Of a stretch of DNA of 64,000 bases, positions 34,301-45,421 are shown piece by piece (within the stretch, counting starts at the first letter, position 1; the number at the start of each line of letters is the position of its first letter). This DNA is from Antedon mediterranea (Eukaryota > Animalia > Echinodermata). The stretch lies in NCBI RefSeq assembly GCF_964355755.1, contig NC_092678.1:450422-514421 (forward strand), read 5' to 3'. The position numbers and the translations under genes are program-made. Below the pieces are notes generated by a model. The model was not told the origin of the DNA and searched no databases. It worked only from the letters and a program-made list of their open reading frames with translations.

Positions 34301-37300
34301 AAGCAGAATACCGTAAAATACCGCTCTAACTAAAATCAGGAAAAAGATTAAGTCAGATTCTTACTTTAAGTTCTGTCTAAACTAGTTTGACTAAAAAGTG
34401 TGATATACCCAAATATGGTAGGGATATGCTTAAATATGGTAGTGATATGACATCATCATGTCCATATGTATGGGCACATCACATTTTGTTTGTCACATAA
34501 AGTTTGATAGTGTAGACAAGACTTAACTCTCTACAACAACAATACAATCTTACTTAATGTTAGTACAGAGTTGACCCCTGTGTGAATACACTTTAAGCAA
34601 GATACTCATTCCTCAACTTTTAAAACTGTACTGTTTCCATAGGCATAGTGAATTTATTATTATATTAAGTATTAGTTTTTCCCATCAATATACTATAGTT
34701 GAATGACATTACATTATTAAAGCAAGCGTATATGAGATATTAGAGTGCAAATAGGATATACAGGTTAATCACCCATGAAATTAAATTTCCTGAACGGAGA
34801 TGAAGATATTTTTATTCACTAAGTATTACATTGTTATTAAGTGTCATGATGATACTAACATAAAAATGGCTTTATTTATAAAGCGAGATATCTTGATCAA
34901 AATTGGGAATTAATAAAAGCTAACAAATTAGACAAAATATTTTAATTTAACTTCATATTAACTATCTGTAAAAGGTACATGAACCATTGTGTATGTTACC
35001 TGAGCCTGCAGTGTCTCCTATCCTGATCACATGCGGCCAATGCTGAAGGGTTTTGGCGAAGAATGGGTTAGTCACACCAAGCACAACACATGGTCTGATG
35101 ATGAAATACAAAAATAACACATTTTACAGCAGTTCTTGTAAGATATGACACAGTAGAATGCCACCTTTTTGGACACCCACTATTCAGGAGACACTACTAT
35201 AAAGGGAACACGTTCCAATGAAACAAACAAGGGAAAATATGCATTCACACTACGGGCAACAAACCCAATTCAGGGGGCACTATTATTATACTATTTGTTG
35301 CATCCCAATGGTGTCCTCTTATTTCTTAATAGGGTTTGTACTATATTTGTACTATGTTTGTACTATATTTGTACTATGTTTGTACTATATTTGTACTATA
35401 TTTGTACTATGTTTGTACTATATTTGTACTATATTTGTACTATATTTGTACTATATTTGTACTATATTTGTACTATGTTTGTACTATATTTGTACTATAT
35501 TTGTACTATATTTGTACTATATTTGTACTATATTTGTACTATGTTTGTACTATATTTGTACTATATTTGAAAGAAAGGTCAAATGTAAACTTACGGAGCT
35601 TGTGTTCTTGTGGTATACTCTTTAAACTCGCTGTCATGTATGGTGAAGTACGGTCGATAGTCTTGCATAAATCGCAAAGGGTGAATCATACTGACTAACG
35701 CTTGCACCGTGTTTGAGCATTCCGTTGGTGAGGGTGCCATCACAACAAGAGGCTGTGGAAAATATCACACAAAATATTATCAAGGAGGTAAAATAATACC
35801 AAAATTCAACATTCTAAACAATGTACTCTTCTAATTTGTAGTGTTTTTTCTTCTCGCATCAAATCAATACAAATGACATTATTAGCAAATTAGTTGAAGT
35901 AGGATTAGTAGGATTAAGATGGATTAACTATGATTTACCTCTCCTAGTAGTATAAGCTCCCATAATAATTGTATATGCGGCAGGACAGGCTGAAGATAAC
36001 GAAACAAATCCACCTCATTGATTGATGGTAAGATGGTCAAAGGTGAACCAGAAAACTATGAGAAAAAACAACAATCAATTAATAACTTTGAAAAATGTTT
36101 TCTTTTAGACTAGGTTCTAGGCCGAAATTAGTAGAAAGATAAATATTTTTGTACATATGGCATTTCATACATATAATACATGAGCTCGTATTTTCAGACA
36201 AAAATCGCCGACTGGTATACAGTGATACAGACTTGGGGCAAGTCTAGTTTTCTTTATGAACAACAATAATGTAACAGTTTAATCAATTTTATTACATATA
36301 AACAGAATATAATATATATAAACAACAGGCAAAGAACATTAATTCTAAACCGTGATATACTGAAAATGTATTAATTAATTTGAAATGATAAGATAAGGAA
36401 ATCTGTGAGAATGAGAAAAAGTGGGCCCAACCTAGATTCGAACCCAGAACATGCAGAAGTCCTAAACATTACACAACTGGGGCAGAATATATATCATATA
36501 TTAAGCAATAAAAACAACCAACTGTATAATAGTTTGAAAGAATAATAGGAATAGAGTCCGGCTCAATCCACTAGTATGAACCTATATTGATCAATTTTAT
36601 TTTCAAAAAAATAATAGTACAATTAATCTTTATACATAATACACTGACACTAATAAAATATTTCCAAGACAAAATTAAACGACATAGTACAATAACAAAT
36701 TATTTCTATATTTCGTGATATCATCAATGTCTGAGTGGGTTGCCTGACATTTGGCAATGTAATTACGCTGCTGCCGATCGCTGTGAGTGATTAACGAAGG
36801 CTGACTATAGCCATGTATCTCTCATGACAATACCAGATTAGCCATTCTGCATATGAGTTAATTGATGCATGCAGCAGGCATATAATAAACATATTTTAAA
36901 CTTTTTTGAAAAAGATATTATGATACATTGTGTGGATTTGAAATATTTTTTAATAGCAGGCTTATTTAATCTTGATTTTAGGCAAACCAGATTTTAGGAT
37001 TTCCTATTTTCTGAAAAAAGTTTAGAGTCAAATATTTTGAAAAAAAGTATTGCGTATTGACAATGACAAAGAGATCAGATAAAATGTTAAGTTAATTTAT
37101 TTTGACAAGTGTATCCTCACTAGCGACATTTGATATCAAGACGCGTCACATTATTATGCAGCTATTGAGTCTAACAGTCATTCTGCACATGTGTTAATGT
37201 GTTTCTGAGTGTGTGTAGAATAACTTTTTGACTCAACAGCTGCATTGCCTAGTGACGAATTGACAAAAAGACCAATGTTATTACATACCTCAGTTGGTTT

Positions 37301-40109
37301 CTTTAAACTTGATGCTGTCAGTTTATCTTGTACAGAAGGCATTCGTATATGTAAGACATTGCCTATGATTGGAAGGTGAAGAGTTTCTCCTGGTATAGGG
37401 GTTGGCCACTGGTCTATATCGTGACATGCTGGTGGTAAAAACATAAAAGACAGTATATTAACATATGGCCATTGGTCTATATCGTGACATGCTGGTGGTA
37501 AAAACATAAAAGAGTATATTAACATATGGCCATTGGTCTATATCGTGACATGCTGGTGGTAAAAACATAAAAGACAGTATATTAACATATTTTCAATAAT
37601 AAATAGTTAGCTGTACTAAACTGGAAGTCTATCCTAGTGTATGGTACTCATAAAAGACGTGTGCATCTTTTTTATTTATTTAATTAAACCTCATCATTTA
37701 AAGAGGGTAACCCTAAACAAACAAAAATGAAACATAAAAGAACTATATATGAAGAAAGAGAAGGGTTAGCTCAGTGTTCTAGTCTGTTGTTATTCACTGC
37801 ATCGGGCTAACGACCAATGGGACGAAAGAGTTTTACATACAGTAACATTCCAAATGGATCAAATAAATATTTAAGAACATACCTGCTTCTAATGAAGGCT
37901 CTCCATGTTCAAAATATTCTGGTGAGATTGTGTTGACCAAGTGTGAAAACAACATCACATACGGAAGCTTACTTAAAACTACTACCGACTAAAAAAACAG
38001 AAACAAAAATTAAATAATGGTTATAAATTTATTCCTTGTTTAACTGGGTTAAAAACTCAGTTGAAAATTGTTTATCCTTTTGTGGCCAGGATGGTCACAT
38101 AATCACATGGTCACATGGTCACATGGTCACATGGTCCCATGGTCACAGGGTCATATAAACATTTACGTTACATTTGATTTAGTTTTTAATTTTAAGAAAT
38201 TTATTAAATAAATTCTTACTAACTTTTTGAAAATAGCCTCTCCTTGATGTGTTGTCTTTAACTTGTCTAAAATAAACATAGCCATACAGATGGGCAGAAT
38301 CACTCTAGGAAAATAAAAAAACAAAATTATTATGAAGTATAATGATGTAAAAGGCAATGATGAAGACAATGTTAAAATTTCTGTGCGTGCGAGTGACTGA
38401 GCAGTTAAGACAGTGGAACCGTATTTAGGTAATTATAAGGGTTCAAGGCTCACTCGCTCCATGGTTCTGGTGGTAGAACAAGTCTTCTCGGATAAGGACT
38501 ATAATAAACCATAGGTCCAATATAAACATATAACTCATGTGCACTTTAAAGAACATATTACATCTTTCGAGATGAATAGGGGGTTACCTCGGTGTACTAG
38601 TACACACACAGCCACTGATCATAGGTTACCCATAAATAACAAATTCAAAACCCATTACATTACCTGTAAATGGAAAGGTCCTTTGGTATCGTACTTAGCT
38701 CTACTATGGGTAGACAACGGCCGACTCATACATCTTCTAATTCTAAAAAGAAACCTTGTATCTCCCATACAACCTATGCACATATTGAAATGTTTGATAA
38801 ATGTATATAATAAAAAAACAACAAAAAAGAGTAAAGAAATTAAGTAACTAACTCATTTAAGTTCCCCTCCTCTAAGCGGTGAACCTTAATTTCACTGTTG
38901 GTTGGAAAATAAAAATAAAGCAAAAAAATAAAACCGAAATTAATTTCTGAGAATACATTTGCTTTCACTGTAATAATTGTGCACAATTAGTTTAGATATA
39001 ATTTGTAGCACTTTAGTATACCTAGTACGGCATACATTATCAAATCTTCTATAATAGAACCATTTGTTAAAGGTTAAAGGTTAAAGGTTATACTGTCATA
39101 CACTTAAAATTACAAACATAATAATAGACACATTAAACAGCATGGACAACAACATTAATAGGTCATAGGTCATTGCAAACTAATGTACTCAACTATTAAG
39201 TAACATTTCCATTACATTCTAATAATAGCAGACATCAAAGTAGATGTTAGTAACTTGATATGTTTGTATATAAACTTTGAAGAATAGATATACAATAAAT
39301 ATTAACAACTTAGCCTATAATAATGGTATGTTTTTGACTAATTTGATAATAAATATTTTTATTTATTAAGCTCATTTTACCGTCCACATTTTTTTTTTTT
39401 TTTTTACCTGAATTTGAATCTGGAAACGACAGATAACAAATGTTCATTCGCTGAAAATAAGAAAGTTAAAATAAAATTCAAGTACATATGAATTAAGGCA
39501 AATCTAAAAAATGTTTCATTTTAAGAAATCAAAACGCTGTGTTGATTATGATTGTTGTGCGATTGCCTATGAGAAATACTATTATATTTATCTATATGCC
39601 TACTAGTGTTATTAGTTCACAAAACTAAGTTCTTACTTCTTTCTCTGTTAGCTTGACATGACTGGGATAAACAAACTAAAAAATACAAAACAAACAAAAG
39701 AAAAAAATATGTTTATTTATTATAAATTATATTATTATAGTAATAACATTACTAATAATTAATTAAATATTTTTTGTATGCTTTTTTTCATTAACACTGG
39801 ATGGAGACAGATAAATCAACAAAAACAAAGTTCACAAAAACGGTATTTTAAAACGATTGTCTGCCTAGGCCTAGTCCAATTCTAAGCATGCCATCAAATT
39901 TCAACAGCGGGGGAAACTGACTTTGCCATGTGGAATGATTACAATCGACAGCCTACCTCAAGAGCCTGGCCGAGCTCCAAATCGAATGTGACAACACATA
40001 CACAATAAAGCCAATTTGAAAAATTATCCCATGGTAAAACAGCAGACGATTTAAATGTTATTTCACTTGAATTCGTCGAGATCACACGATCTCTGTCCAT
40101 TGTAGCCAT
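31377..40109 (-). CDS. DENND6A: DENN domain protein 6 (FAM116, Rab14 GEF family)
   Basis: Exons 40109-39957, 39675-39637, 39450-39408, 38773-38664, 38304-38224, 37988-37883, 37428-37289, 36055-35939, 35752-35595, 35094-35000, 34250-34182, 33396-33332, 32952-32809, 32190-32081, 31995-31818, 31499-31377. Motifs [83 protein letters not shown]. Probably co-orthologous to DENND6A/B. Confidence 0.94.
31700..31815. mobile_element. MITE family A copy, truncated, abutting a DENND6 donor
   Basis: Left TIR intact; right end runs into the donor at 31817. Confidence 0.7.
32360..32738 (-). mobile_element. SINE family B copy with an internal insertion
   Basis: Family B body split around 32475-32618 by a segment beginning with an (AAT)n tail. 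Confidence 0.6.
32979..33065. mobile_element. MITE family A fragment
   Basis: TTAAGCTCTGTCTTCACTATCAAA plus partial core. Confidence 0.65.
33383..33844. repeat. 47-bp tandem repeat x10 containing the DENND6 exon-12 acceptor
   Basis: CACCTGAGAAAAAGACAAAATAAG at 33394, 33441 ... 33817. Confidence 0.95.
33865..34140. repeat. ~38-bp repeat x4 followed by ~27-bp repeat x3
   Basis: TGAGGTATATGTTATTGAACCATATTAGTACTGTATTA; AAATAAGGCCACCTG. Confidence 0.8.
34366..34526. mobile_element. MITE family A copy
   Basis: Family TIRs, TTAA flanks, core partly duplicated. Confidence 0.75.
35335..35569. repeat. 11-bp minisatellite TTTGTACTAT(A/G) x~21
   Basis: Regular 11-bp period. Confidence 0.95.
37404..37590. 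repeat. 61-63-bp tandem repeat x3 spanning the DENND6 exon-7 acceptor
   Basis: GGCCATTGGTCTATATCGTGACATGCTGGTGGTAAAAACATAAAAGA... three times. Confidence 0.95.
38093..38155. repeat. (ATGGTCAC)n short repeat
   Basis: 8-bp period. Confidence 0.85.
38384..38640 (+). mobile_element. SINE family B copy
   Basis: GCGAGTGACTGAGCAGTTAAGACAGTGGAACC...GGGTTCAAGGC head; body is reverse complement of 22470-22739. Confidence 0.75.
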
Positions 40110-40599
40110 AGTTGAAGTTAAATATGTTTTTACATCATCAAAAAATGGGTTTTGACAACAGAAATCACAATCTCTTCTCTTTCCGCAGGTGACCGTTTTG
40201 GAGCTTTAAAATGTTCTACTTTTTTTAGCTATGGAACGCGGAAAGACGTTTCAAGTAGAAACATGTCAGATATGCGCTTTTTAACTGGTACCAATATGTT
40301 ATTTGTGTTTACAAAAAAATAGCGGTTTTTTTTTAATAATAGTAAAATATCGCAAAGGCAACCTACTTATTTAATAATAAGCTTAGGATAGATCACAAAA
40401 TGCGAAATTTTACTAATGCCAATTATACAACTTATGTACCAATCGAACACGATGTATTTATAAATTTATAAATTTCAAAATTATTCCAATCGAATACGTA
40501 ATGACAGGTTGACCCAGGTTGACCTCTATAAAGTCACACATACATCAGTGTGTCTTTGCTGGAGCTAGGCCTAGGAATTGTCATCTAAATTCATTTATA
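40110..40599. promoter_or_regulatory. Putative bidirectional promoter DENND6/AMT
   Basis: Divergent start codons 490 bp apart; locally more CpG. Confidence 0.7.
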
Positions 40600-42766
40600 A
40601 TGGCGTTGATATGTCGTGTACGAAACAAAGCGATTTCTATATACCGGGGGAGTACAAATCTAGCTGTAAACTGTTTAAATATCAATGAGGGATGTACAAT
40701 AGCCCAACAGCAGCAGCGTTGTATGAGCAGCCAACAAGTAAGTCTACTAGACTACCTAATGCTAGGATTTGTTTATTTCATTTTTTGACAAGCACTAAAC
40801 ACCTCCGGACACCCCAGGCGCGCCTGTATCATTACCCAGGCTATTCCAAGTTTCTCTATACAAACCTACTTTTTGTGACGTATACCAACAGATCTGGATA
40901 TCGTGAACTGTTCAAGACAACTTCAAGTAGATAAAACATTTTTTTTAAATTCTTTCCAGGTACTAAAAAAAACAGCACTGCACGACTTTCATGTGGAACA
41001 CGGTGCCAAAATGGTTGACTTTGCGGGTTGGTCGATGCCAGTACAGTACAAAGATGGCCTGATAGCGGAACATCATCAATGCCGTAACCACGCAACGCTG
41101 TTTGATGTATCACACATGCTGCAAAGCAGAGTTGTAGGAAAAGACGGAATAAAGTTTATAGAGAGTTTAATAGTTGGTAACGTATTGACACAGAACATTT
41201 GGTTGAGGATATTTATGATGACTCATATAGAATGATGAGGTTACTAAACTACCATTTTTTGTTGTTTCAGGTGACGTAGCTGGTCTGGCCGACGACAGCG
41301 GTACACTTAGTTTGTTAATGAATGATAATGGAGGTATTATAGATGATTTGATCGTGAGCAAACTGGGAGATGGAACATTGTATGTTGTACTTAACGCCGG
41401 GTGTGCGGATAAAGACAAAGCTCACATTGAGGTTTGTTTCAGCTGTCATCCATCACACAGCTTCACAGTTAACAACATTCATAAGAACATATGCAAAATA
41501 AGTTTTCGAATTAACAGCATAGTCTATTCGTAGGTGGCTAATGGCGTCCTAGTTATAAATTAAATAAATTAACCATGAATTTAAATTTCTTGCAGGAAAA
41601 ATTAAATAATTTCAAATCAACTGGAGGTGATGTAGAATTTCAAACTATTCCAAATAGATCATTATTGGCATTACAAGGTAAATACAGGAATCAAAATTTC
41701 GATGCCAAGTAAATGTTATGTGTATTTTTAAAAAAAAACATTTGCATAAATTAAAAAGAAATTTACATGTTCTGTTTTATGAAGGACCCAGTATGGCAAA
41801 GGTTTTACAGGCTGGTGTACAGTTTGACCTTTCAACTTTGACATTCATGAAGACTGCGGTAATGGATGTTTTTGGTATCCCAGAATGCCGAGTCACTAGG
41901 TGTGGTTATACAGGTGAAGATGGAGTTGAAGCAAGTGAACAATTTTATTTTTAAAACAATTTTTAATCATATTTCTATAATTTTTTATGTACTTTTATCA
42001 AACTTTTATTTATATAATTTAGATATCCGTTCCAGATGACAAAGCTGTACATCTGGCTGAGTGCCTCTTGTCGACTACAGAGGGCGACGTTAAGTTAGCA
42101 GGCTTGGGAGCGAGGGATAGCCTAAGGTTGGAGGCAGGTCTTTGTCTCTATGGCAACGATATTGATATGACAACAACGCCGATAGAAGCCACATTAGCTT
42201 GGACAATAGGTAATGATTCTTTATCTACGATAAAGTTTTGTTTGGATGCTTTCAATATTTCAAGCTCTAATAACTATTTGCTTTTTTATTATGCAGCAAA
42301 AAGACGAAGGCAAGAAGCAAACTTTCCAGGTGCTGAGATCGTGCTTAAGCAGTTAAAGGAAAAACCAAGTCGTAAGAGAGTTGGTGTGATGTCTAATGGA
42401 GCGCCAGCTAGAGGTAATGAGAAAAAAGAAAGATGGATGAAAAACTATAAAATGAAATGAAAAAGAACAAAAAAAACTAAACTGATAAAGATTAAACTAT
42501 CATATTGTAACTAATAATACTATAAATTGTTTTCATTTACTTTTTCAGCTGGAACGCCAATTTTGAATGAGGGCGGTGTGCAAATTGGTCAGTTAACGAG
42601 TGGGTGTCCATCGCCAACCCTCAAGTGCAATGTTGCCATGGGTTACATAGATACAAAATATGCAAAAATTGGAACCGAAGTAAAGTTACAAGTTCGTAAG
42701 AAACAACAAAATGCTAAGATTAGCAAAATGCCGTTTGTAGCTGCTAAGTACTATACTAAGTACTAA
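40600..42766 (+). CDS. AMT: Mitochondrial aminomethyltransferase (glycine cleavage system T protein)
   Basis: Exons 40600-40737, 40960-41176, 41271-41431, 41596-41677, 41785-41930, 42023-42209, 42297-42413, 42549-42766. [69 protein letters not shown]; transit-peptide-like N-terminus. Confidence 0.96.
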
Positions 42767-43264
42767 GTACTATACTAAGTACTATACTGGAAAATAACAA
42801 AGTATTCGGTGTGAAATTATCAAGTGATTCTATAATAAACTATACAATACACACACGGCTTTGTCAATCAATTGCCTGTTATATTGTATGTATAATTAAT
42901 ATGTTAACATTATTGTGTGATCCCACATTTACTTAGCTTTGTTTGAAATTAAAAGCAAATATATTCTTACTTCCATTTGAATTCCAATCAAGTTATATTT
43001 ATACTGAAATACAAATTTGTTATACATTTATATTTATAAGTTTATTAGGCTGTCTGACAGTGGCTACTAAATTCAAGAAAACAAACCAAAGTTTAGATGA
43101 TAAATAATAAATTCTGTAATTTCCAAGTAAAGTAACAACATAACAATACAGAATATAATGTCACTGGTTTGTATATGTTCTATGGTTTATAAATATTTAT
43201 ATGAATTGAAATAAATGAAACATAATGTATCTTTTTAGTGTTTTCTGTGATTTTTATAAATCTG

Positions 43265-43510
43265 AACAGGAAGACCCAAACAACTATAGCAAACTGTTTC
43301 AGGCCTAACAGGTACGACAGACCACAAACTGCTATGAAAGGTCTCTGAACAGCTGACAGTCCTTCAACAACTGTGAGCCCAAACAGACCCTAAACAGAAT
43401 TGCAGAGCCCGAACGACTACGGCAAACAAACTACGGCAGAGCACGAAGAGCTACAGCAGAGCCCGAACAACTATGGCAGAGCCCGAGCAAATATGGCAGA
43501 GCCCGAGCAC
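43265..43510. repeat. Degenerate ~20-bp repeat (CTACGGCAGAGCCCGAACAA-like) between AMT and prickle 3' ends
   Basis: Recurring GCAGAGCCCGA motif. Confidence 0.65.
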
Positions 43511-45421
43511 CACACCATTTAAACAAGACTTGATCCTTCTTTCCTAATTCATGGCTTCTCATATAAAAGTTTGTTCCCGTATCATTGGTCGATAGCGCTT
43601 GCTTTCCAAATGTGTGAGTTGGCCTAAAAATGAAAGTAAATCACATTTTAAATAATCACTCCTTTTATTCATATTTAGCTGTCACTTCAAATAAACTCTT
43701 AAAAAATGTAAAATGCAGTGATTCTGGATATAAAAGAGCAAACAGTTCATAGCAATAAAACAGTAATAGTAGTAATACTATTAGTTATTAGGATGAAGTC
43801 TCTTACAACAAACTATCAGTTTCTGCTGCAGTTACTGGTCAAAGATTCTTAAGCTAAAAACCAAGTTCAAGCTTAATTATACCATGGAGGTTAATCAACA
43901 ACTCCTGATTATACCAACAGTTATACTGAATATCGTTTTATTAAAGAATAAGAAAAATACATGAAATGAAGAAAGATGGAAGATATATTCTCAATGACAA
44001 TTTTTTTCAAACACTTTTTTCTAATATCACACATTGACCCCAGTGAGGTCATGTTAGGAAGGCTGGTGAAGTTGGATTCTAAATTCAATATTTTTGTATA
44101 AAAATGAATAATGGTGTTTCTTTGGTGTTGCTTCAGCCAAGAAATTGAAACTGTACACAAAAGAAAAAAAAGAACCTTTAAAATGGCTGCAGTTCATTTA
44201 AAAACAAATAGTAGTTATGATAAATTTCTACCATTTGAATACGGTCTTTGTTTTTGTCAAATTAACTGGGAGCCAAAAACTGCACATAATTTCTAGAAAT
44301 AATAAATCAACAAATATTATATTTACAAATAGCTATTTAAAACAAAAAATAAAATCATATATTTAACATTTAATTTTAAGCAAAATCATTATTGTACTTT
44401 TCAAAAGAAATAAACACATCAAGCCAAAATAAATAGCTATATATAAAAGAATAATTCAATATATTACACTCTTTAAATTACAATATATACAATCTATATA
44501 AGCATGGCATTAAATCAAACAAGCCCACCCTGGGACAGTAAATGAGCTTGCCTAACCGTGGAGCTTTAAGGTACGTTTGTTTTTGTTTTTGTTTTCTACA
44601 AATTACTTTCTGAATGCAATGAATAATAAATATAATGTTGAATACAATGTTAATTTCTTAATGTAATTAATAAATAATTAAGTATACAATATTAATGTTA
44701 ATTTCCTTATCTTAATGTAATAAATGTAAAAAACTCAAGATGAAATGTACAATAATTGGAATGAAGTATTGGTCCATTATACGAGGAAAAGAAATATACA
44801 ACATTATGATATTTAAATTATCTAACTAAACATGATTGGACAATTACGATTTTAAAATGTTAAATGTGAATTTTCTTATTACTACAGTCAATCGCTTGAC
44901 TATTTTTAAATAGTATTGTAAACTATTATATTTAATAGCATTATAGAATTATAACTGGAATGGATATACTGTACAGTTTTGGAAATTTTTTAATACAAAT
45001 AATATTTTAAAATTCTTGTCTCCATGTAAGGTCAGAGGTTACAAAATCGGTCAACGGTGGTCAATAGCGCTACAAACATTTTTAACTCATAAAAGCAAGC
45101 ACCTACAGATTAAAAACAACTTTAAGGCCAATTAATTGGAACTTATGGTGGATACTAATAAATAGATATTGCATAGCAGAGGCTACTTTGATGAACAAAT
45201 ATTGTGACCTAATATCTCCTCTAAAGGTGTCCAAATATGTTTAAATGAATCTGTCATGTATGAATGTGCACATTGTAATTGTTAAGTACATTAAATGATT
45301 ACATTATACACTGCATGTATAAATAAATGAATGCGTTGCAACTGACTTGTAAGTTGGTTATTATCTTTTAAGTATTTCTAATTCAATTTATAATTGCTTC
45401 ATAAAATAGTAATAAACATTT

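Noticed and set aside
35169-35698. Cys/Tyr-rich ORFs
   Set aside because: Translations of the 11-bp minisatellite, antisense to DENND6.
36421-36482. tRNA gene on - strand (GGTTCGAATC)
   Set aside because: No complete cloverleaf; probably a decayed SINE head.
36730-36890. GC-richer intronic island as snoRNA or conserved element
   Set aside because: No clear C/D or H/ACA boxes; conservation cannot be assessed here.
40692-40934. Alternative AMT transit-peptide ORF in intron 1
   Set aside because: Different frame from the exon-1 ATG, no convincing splice route.
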